IMG/VR virus record: IMGVR_UViG_3300049794_000047
Reading direction: 5' to 3' (one strand)
Length of the DNA stretch: 64,000 nt
Origin: a virus
Taxonomy: Duplodnaviria > Caudoviricetes
Below, in pieces: positions 58,583-64,000 of the stretch. Each line of letters opens with the position of its first letter. The stretch's first letter is position 1. Below the pieces are notes generated by a model, which did no database searches, was not told where the DNA came from, and saw only the letters and a list, made by a program, of their open reading frames with translations. A program made the translations under genes and the position numbers.

Positions 58583-58613
58583 TTAGCAAGCACCTCAGCG
58601 AAAGAAATACCCA

Positions 58614-59132
58614 ATGAGTAACCAAAACGCCCTTGGTCCAATGCGCATTGAATCAAGAGAAGACGCCACGCGGATCGCCCAGCAGGTGGTCGAGCGCGAC
58701 ACGAAGATCGCCGCGCTCGTCGCGGACCTGCGGGACAAGGACATGCTGGGCCTGGAGTGTGGCGAAGCGGTCCAGCTGGAAAGGCTCTCTGCGGAGAACG
58801 CCGTCGCCGCAGGGACCCTCGCCCAGTGGTTCCTGAGACAACCCCTTCCCCTGGTGAAGCCGCAGATCTGTCTCGTCCTCGTACGCCCCGACGGACGCCA
58901 CGCAAACGTCGAGATCGGCGGCAACCGGATCACGCCCACGATGCTGGTCGCTGCCGAAGACTTGCTCCACACGCTCATGACCGGCGAGCGTCAGTTGCCC
59001 AAGGACCTCTACGACATCGTTGCACGCGCCTTCTGCACGACGCGCGACGATGCGAAGGGACGAATTCTGTGCGCAGGTTACGGCGGGAAGGGTGTCCCTG
59101 TGATCTTGCCGCCGGAGGAACCGTCGGCGTGA
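58614..59132 (+). CDS. hypothetical protein
   Basis: 172 aa, GTGA-coupled to the next gene. Confidence 0.65.
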   Translation: MSNQNALGPMRIESREDATRIAQQVVERDTKIAALVADLRDKDMLGLECGEAVQLERLSAENAVAAGTLAQWFLRQPLPLVKPQICLVLVRPDGRHANVEIGGNRITPTMLVAAEDLLHTLMTGERQLPKDLYDIVARAFCTTRDDAKGRILCAGYGGKGVPVILPPEEPSA

Positions 59133-59764
59133 AGAAGTCGCTCCAGCACGAGATCACACTCGACCTGGCCTCTGGCGCCCGCCTCAGGCTTCTCTACTTC
59201 TCGGACCGCGAGCTACGCTGGATCTTCTCCTACGACTATGTCGGTCCGAAGCGCCCCGGTGAAACCCCTGGCGTCATTCACGGCCTCCCACTCACGGCTG
59301 ACTACTTTTCCTACGAACCCCGCAGGAAGCGATCAAGCGAAACCCCTGGAATTGTCAACGATGTCCGGCTCGTCGCCAACTACGCTGACGGCCTCCTGGA
59401 GGGGCGCTTCGTGCTGTCAATGCATGTCGTAATCCCAAACCGCCTCGGTCAAAGGTTCTTCACGGGTCTAGATATTTCGCCAGGAGCCAAGACATACCTG
59501 GCGTTCAACTACGAGCGCTCTGCCGATGAGTACCTGTTGACTGAAATCTGTAAAGGAATAGAACGGGTGCACCTCAACGGAGTGAAACCCGCGATTATCC
59601 GGCCTGTCGCCTTCCCGTTCCCGGTGCCAGACCGCATCCCCGTCAAGCTCGGCAAGCTCCAGGTACCGTTTCGTACGCACACGGACGACATCGCCCACTT
59701 CGATCTGCCGGAGAGAACCCTGCAAGACAACGCTGCTTGGGCTCCACACCATCAACGCCCCTGA
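59129..59764 (+). CDS. hypothetical protein, paralog of 28953-29468
   Basis: GGAGG RBS; shared N-terminal domain. Confidence 0.65.
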   Translation: MKKSLQHEITLDLASGARLRLLYFSDRELRWIFSYDYVGPKRPGETPGVIHGLPLTADYFSYEPRRKRSSETPGIVNDVRLVANYADGLLEGRFVLSMHVVIPNRLGQRFFTGLDISPGAKTYLAFNYERSADEYLLTEICKGIERVHLNGVKPAIIRPVAFPFPVPDRIPVKLGKLQVPFRTHTDDIAHFDLPERTLQDNAAWAPHHQRP

Positions 59765-59798
59765 TCTTTCAAAACCCCTACCGGCATACAAGGATCCC

Positions 59799-60137
59799 GT
59801 GCTGACCAAAACACACACCGCCAGTCTCAACGTCAACTTGGAGTTCGCAGGCTTCTTCGAGAGGCTCGGCTACAGCGTGACGTACGAAGGTCGGCGAGAA
59901 ACGGGCGAGCGTTGGTACGAGATTTATGACGACGCGGGCATCATCTTCCAGGTCCCCTGGGGGACACCGCTCCCAGAATTTCTCGCCGACTTGCCGTACC
60001 TCGCCGAGGGCAAGCCCGGCATCGGGCCGACCAACTACTGGTGTGCCTGTGATGATGACAAGAAACTACACGCGTTGCTCGCGCGTGTTCGATCAGCGCA
60101 GGCCAACGAAGGTGCTTCTCCGGTAGAAGGTTCATGA
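59799..60137 (+). CDS. hypothetical protein
   Basis: AAGGA RBS, ATGA-coupled. Confidence 0.6.
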   Translation: MLTKTHTASLNVNLEFAGFFERLGYSVTYEGRRETGERWYEIYDDAGIIFQVPWGTPLPEFLADLPYLAEGKPGIGPTNYWCACDDDKKLHALLARVRSAQANEGASPVEGS

Positions 60138-60409
60138 ACGAAACCAGATCTGCCTCGATGCGGTGGTCGTATTACTACGCCTGCCGATACCTCGCTGTAA
60201 ACGGCCCGGCGACGGCCGACATGGTGGGTGCAGTTGTGTGGAAGGACAAGAAGCGCGGAAAAACGACGTCGAGCGGCGGAGGCGGCGACTACGCGGCCCA
60301 GATGTTACTCGGCCGCATGAAGAGGGCCGGGCTGGTACGCCATGCGCCGAGCGAGGGCTCAACACGTTGGGAAGTCACGCCCCTCGGACGCACGAAGGCG
60401 GCCAGATGA
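60134..60409 (+). CDS. winged-helix-like protein
   Basis: GPATA..VG...LGRM.RAGLV......WEVTPLG. Confidence 0.6.
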   Translation: MNETRSASMRWSYYYACRYLAVNGPATADMVGAVVWKDKKRGKTTSSGGGGDYAAQMLLGRMKRAGLVRHAPSEGSTRWEVTPLGRTKAAR

Positions 60410-60717
60410 GGCGCGAGGTGTTCATGTTCCGGGATCCAGCCGCTGCTCGAACAGCCGCCGTGGACTCACCAAGCGTTCCGGGCAAACACCGCCGGAGGGG
60501 AAACGAGGACTGGCGCGTCGAGCCGTGCCAATGCTGCAAGTCGCTCGCGATGCTGTGGTGGCGGTTCTGCCCGTTCTGCGGTACGGTACTGCCAACGGCA
60601 CTCGACGGGAAAGTCGTGAAACAGACGTCGAAGCCTCCTCGCTCCGTCAAGCCGCCCCGCACCGTCAAACGTCCTGTCTGCGCAACGCCAGGGGCTCGAA
60701 AAGTTAAACTCCCATGA
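60406..60717 (+). CDS. zinc-ribbon protein
   Basis: CQCC.......RFCPFCG. Confidence 0.55.
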   Translation: MRREVFMFRDPAAARTAAVDSPSVPGKHRRRGNEDWRVEPCQCCKSLAMLWWRFCPFCGTVLPTALDGKVVKQTSKPPRSVKPPRTVKRPVCATPGARKVKLP

Positions 60718-61241
60718 AAAGAGCACGCTTCTTGTCGAAGAACCCCTCGAAGGCCAAGCACGTCGGTCAACCACTCACGGCACGCGAGAACGAGGTCCTC
60801 TGGCTCATCACGGAAGGCTTGTCCAACAAAGTGATCGCCGATCGGCTGGATATCAGCACGCACACCGTCAAGTTTCACCTTATGAACGCCGGAAAGAAAA
60901 TCGGATCGACCTCACGCACGAAAGCTGCCGTCGACTTCATCCGGTACCAGGGAAACTCCGCGCAGGGCCGAGGCGACCCCACGTCAGCTAGCTCAGAGTT
61001 CACGGAGCGCCGAAACAAACGGCTCGAGGCCACCAACCGGAAAGACGGCGAAAGCACCGCTGCAAAGGACAACTGGATCAGCGGCTTCGCCGTAGCCCTC
61101 GCCCAGGTCCACCGCCACAGCGGAGGAAGTACCGTCGTCTGTGAGACTGCGCGCCACGCCGGGCTGACGCTCGCAGTTGCGTGCAGGGCCGGGGTATCCT
61201 CATTCGACCTTGAAGAGCTCGAGAGGGCGAAGGTCCCGTGA
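60714..61241 (+). CDS. LuxR-type HTH regulator
   Basis: LTARENEVL.LI.EGLSNK.IA.RL.IS.HTVKFHL.N...K.G..SRT.A. Confidence 0.9.
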   Translation: MKRARFLSKNPSKAKHVGQPLTARENEVLWLITEGLSNKVIADRLDISTHTVKFHLMNAGKKIGSTSRTKAAVDFIRYQGNSAQGRGDPTSASSEFTERRNKRLEATNRKDGESTAAKDNWISGFAVALAQVHRHSGGSTVVCETARHAGLTLAVACRAGVSSFDLEELERAKVP

Positions 61242-61288
61242 CGCACACCGGACCCGCTGACGCGGCGCCGCGATTCCGTACAATGAAG

Positions 61289-62429
61289 CATGCTTATCCG
61301 GTTAGCTCCCAATAACCCGTGATTCTCTCATTCAAATATCGCCTGAAGGGCCAGCGCTGCATCCGTCAACTTCGACGGGGCGCCTGTATGGTGAACCGCG
61401 TCTGGAACTACAGCGTGCAGACGCAGCATTCGGTTCAGCGGACCTGCCGGGATGGACTTTCCCCTCGGTGGCCCTCCAAGTACGATCTTCAAAAACTCAC
61501 GGGTGGCACCTCCCAAGATCTAGGTCTTCATGCCCAAACGATCCAAGGGGTGTGCGAGCAGTTCACGAAGTCGCGCGACCTTCACAAAAAGTGCCCCCGT
61601 TTCCGTCGCTCTGGAGGGGCCAGGCGCTCCCTCGGTTGGATTCCATTTCAAAAGCAGTCTCGGCAGATCACCGCCAACTCGATCACCTACCTCGGCAACA
61701 CGTACCGCTTCTTCGGCTCGAAGAAGCGCCCCCTCCCTGAGACTGCGAAGGGCGGCTGTTTCGTTGAGGATGCACGCGGCCACTGGTGGGTCTGCTTCCA
61801 TGTCGAGGTGCCGGATGATCTGCCCAGGGCACCAGACACCGCGGTCGGGATCGATTTTGGTCTCACGACGTTGGCAACGCTTTCGACCGGCGAGAAGATC
61901 GAGGCCCCCCGGACGTACCGTCGCTACGAGGAGAAGTTGATCGTCGCGCAGCGCGCGAATAACAGGTTCCGTGTTCGGGCACTGCACGTCAAGATCGCAA
62001 ACATCCGTCGGGACCACATGCACAAGTGGACGACGAAGGTGGCCCGATCCCATCGGACAATCTTCGTCGGTAACGTCTCAAGCTCTCAGCTCGCGAAGAC
62101 AAAGATGGCGAAGTCCGTCTACGACGCGGGCTGGTCGACTTCTCGAAACGCCCTCCGCTACAAAGCCAGCAGGCACGGGGGAACGTTCCGAGAGGTGGAT
62201 GAAGTTTCGACATTCACGACCCAAACCTGCTCGACGACGGGGATTCTCCCGCCGGAGAGGCCGAGAGGTATCGCAGGCCTTGGAATAAGAGAGTGGGGGT
62301 GTTCTGCCTGTGGAGAAATCCACGACCGCGACGTGAATGCGGCCCGGAACATCCTTAAACTCGGGCTGAGTGCTCAGCCTCTTGTGGAAGAAAGCCGGGT
62401 TGCCCATGGGCGTTAACCGGATAAGCACG
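61289..62429 (+). mobile_element. non-autonomous IS1595-type TIR element carrying only tnpB
   Basis: TIRs CATGCTTATCCGGTTAGCTCCCA and (rc) CGTGCTTATCCGGTTAACGCCCA; 8-bp TSD CAATGAAG at 61281-61288 and 62430-62437. Confidence 0.9.
61319..62416 (+). CDS. tnpB: RNA-guided endonuclease TnpB with rearranged RuvC-II
   Basis: FKYRL, VWN, RuvC-I GIDFG, VGNV in place of VEDL, alternative Glu in VDE..FTTQTC, RuvC-III DRDVNAARNI. Confidence 0.92.
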   Translation: MILSFKYRLKGQRCIRQLRRGACMVNRVWNYSVQTQHSVQRTCRDGLSPRWPSKYDLQKLTGGTSQDLGLHAQTIQGVCEQFTKSRDLHKKCPRFRRSGGARRSLGWIPFQKQSRQITANSITYLGNTYRFFGSKKRPLPETAKGGCFVEDARGHWWVCFHVEVPDDLPRAPDTAVGIDFGLTTLATLSTGEKIEAPRTYRRYEEKLIVAQRANNRFRVRALHVKIANIRRDHMHKWTTKVARSHRTIFVGNVSSSQLAKTKMAKSVYDAGWSTSRNALRYKASRHGGTFREVDEVSTFTTQTCSTTGILPPERPRGIAGLGIREWGCSACGEIHDRDVNAARNILKLGLSAQPLVEESRVAHGR

Positions 62430-62431
62430 CA

Positions 62432-62707
62432 ATGAAGATCAGACGCAAGACCGGCCCTTCACAACTGTCCCGCCAGGCCCGGGCGATACTGTCACGCACG
62501 GCCATCGCCCAGGGAGCAATCGACGCCGCCGTCACAGACGTCGTGGTCGAGGGCGGCCCGCCTGAGCTCGGCCCCAAACGGAAGACCGCGCAGCGCGCCT
62601 GGCTCGACCGGGACATTACGAAGCGTGTCCGCAACGGTGGTGTTTCAGCACCGAACCCGAAGGGCCCTATGAAAGGCCTCGTCCCTGCTCCTCGGCTCCC
62701 CACCTGA
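62432..62707 (+). CDS. basic hypothetical protein
   Basis: Its ATG lies in the duplicated target CAATGAAG. Confidence 0.5.
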   Translation: MKIRRKTGPSQLSRQARAILSRTAIAQGAIDAAVTDVVVEGGPPELGPKRKTAQRAWLDRDITKRVRNGGVSAPNPKGPMKGLVPAPRLPT

Positions 62708-62719
62708 AAGGCACCGCCT

Positions 62720-64000
62720 GTGACTGACATCAGCCCCCGAACCGACCTATCGGTCACGTGCGCTCGACTCGGAGATCGGGAACGTGACGCGCTCCTCGCA
62801 ATCAGCGAATGGTGCTGGCGCCGGTTCAAGTTGACCCGGCCCTGCCTCGCCGCGCCTGACGGGCCGAGCCTTAGCATCGCGATCTCGAGCGCGCTCTTCG
62901 CGATGGACGGCTCCGCACCGGCCACCTATCCCGGCGAGTCGCGGGACGGCTTGCTGAGCCTCCTCTCCGAAGATCTGCCCCTCGTGTCGACCGAGCGGGA
63001 CGCCATCCGTGCCCTGATCACGGCAGCCGACACGGCGACTCACGCTCTCCCCGTGGAGCATCGACGGGAATTGTTCTTGCTGGCGCGAACCTCCCGCGAA
63101 GAGGGAACGGGACGTCTCGCTCGCGACATCCGCAACGCGCTAGCGTTCGTCGATGGCGCCTTCCTGGGCACAGTCAGCGAGATCGAGGAGATTTGCGACG
63201 CGCTCGCCCGGCGATCCGCGAGTTCCCTCTCGATCGAGGCGCTGATCACGGCGGTCGATGCTTCCCTGGTCAAACAAACGGCCGCAGCGCCGATCCCCCT
63301 GAAGGTTCCTGATAGCGGACATCCGCGCCCCGCACCCCGTCGAGCCCTACGACTCGCGCTTACACTCGCCCGGGACGCCCTGACCTCGGCAAGTGAGGAG
63401 TTCCGCAGCGCTGTGCAGAGCGCTGTTGCGAATCTGCTCGACGAGCCGGTGGATGCCGACGAGATCGAGGACAAGCCCGGACTTGCCAGGCTCGCCGAGG
63501 TTCGTCAGATCACCCTTGCCCTCGCGGCGCCGAACACGCTGCGGTGCGTCCTCTGTGAGGAAGCTCTATCTCCCGGGGAGTCTATTGACGGCGCATGTCA
63601 CGACGACCTCGCGCACTGCGTGCTCCTCGACCTGTCTCGGCAACTCCAACGCTGGGCAGGGGCCCACCCATTCGACGACGATCAAGATCCGGCGCGGGAC
63701 ACAACCGAGCAACGACTGGTGCGCTCCTACCACAGGTTCGCCGCACTCATCGGTGACGCCGCCGATGCCTGCTTCATGAAGGTATCCTGCGACGTCTGTG
63801 ACACCGTTGGCTACGGCAACGCGCGTTGTTGGTCGTGCGTCGCCCACTGGCGGTGGATGGCACCGGGGCTCCGGCGCAAGAGGACCTCCGAGTTAGTCGC
63901 GCGGACGGCGGGTCGGGCGCTTGGTCCCGAGGACGTTCGGTCCTCCACTGACCGCACGGGGCCAAGGACGCCGGATCGGTCGCTCGGTCCCGAGGACGTT
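62720..64000 (+). CDS. hypothetical protein, runs off the window end
   Basis: AAAGG RBS then GTG; frame read as open to 64000 by manual translation (absent from the track because it has no stop). Confidence 0.6.
   Translation, partial: MTDISPRTDLSVTCARLGDRERDALLAISEWCWRRFKLTRPCLAAPDGPSLSIAISSALFAMDGSAPATYPGESRDGLLSLLSEDLPLVSTERDAIRALITAADTATHALPVEHRRELFLLARTSREEGTGRLARDIRNALAFVDGAFLGTVSEIEEICDALARRSASSLSIEALITAVDASLVKQTAAAPIPLKVPDSGHPRPAPRRALRLALTLARDALTSASEEFRSAVQSAVANLLDEPVDADEIEDKPGLARLAEVRQITLALAAPNTLRCVLCEEALSPGESIDGACHDDLAHCVLLDLSRQLQRWAGAHPFDDDQDPARDTTEQRLVRSYHRFAALIGDAADACFMKVSCDVCDTVGYGNARCWSCVAHWRWMAPGLRRKRTSELVARTAGRALGPEDVRSSTDRTGPRTPDRSLGPEDV

Noticed and set aside
61319-62416. 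TnpB as Cas12 or as an ordinary IS605/IS1341 element
   Set aside because: No CRISPR array, no tnpA, and no room for an IS605-type left end; boundaries are TIR plus TSD.

Overview
GC-rich, gene-dense window made mostly of short hypothetical ORFs in long co-oriented runs (+ strand ~1-14.5 kb, mostly - strand ~17-35 kb, mostly + strand ~35-64 kb). No rRNA, tRNA, CRISPR array, housekeeping operon or confidently recognisable virion module was seen. It reads as part of a large phage or phage-like/extrachromosomal element; a host using sigma54 heavily, such as Myxococcota, is an inference. Recognisable genes: AAA+ ATPase, DnaJ, two ParB-like proteins, a SLOG-family protein, an orphan TRAP solute-binding protein, DUF4031, an RNAP alpha-CTD-like domain, Gp37/Gp68 (DUF5131), a nucleotidyltransferase, a thymidine-hypermodification-type transferase next to a Mom-like acetyltransferase, a LuxR regulator, several ribbon-helix-helix proteins and an orphan double-glycine RiPP-like precursor. 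Three transposon families can be delimited by their ends. (1) An IS1595 family with a 23-bp TIR (CATGCYTATCCGGTTR..CCCA) and 8-bp TSD: an autonomous copy with a PAPS-reductase-like passenger, a 115-bp MITE, an orphan end, and a 1141-bp element whose only content is a TnpB with a Fanzor-like rearranged RuvC site (the top finding). (2) A 6-kb IS903-like SWIM-DDE cargo transposon with 16-bp TIRs and a 9-bp TSD. (3) An 86-bp hairpin MITE with TAA/TTA TSDs (7 full copies, 1 partial). A recurring sigma54-like motif 13-14 nt before start codons, with upstream TACCCAG boxes, suggests an element-wide leaderless regulon. All protein family calls come from motif recognition by eye; no database search was run.
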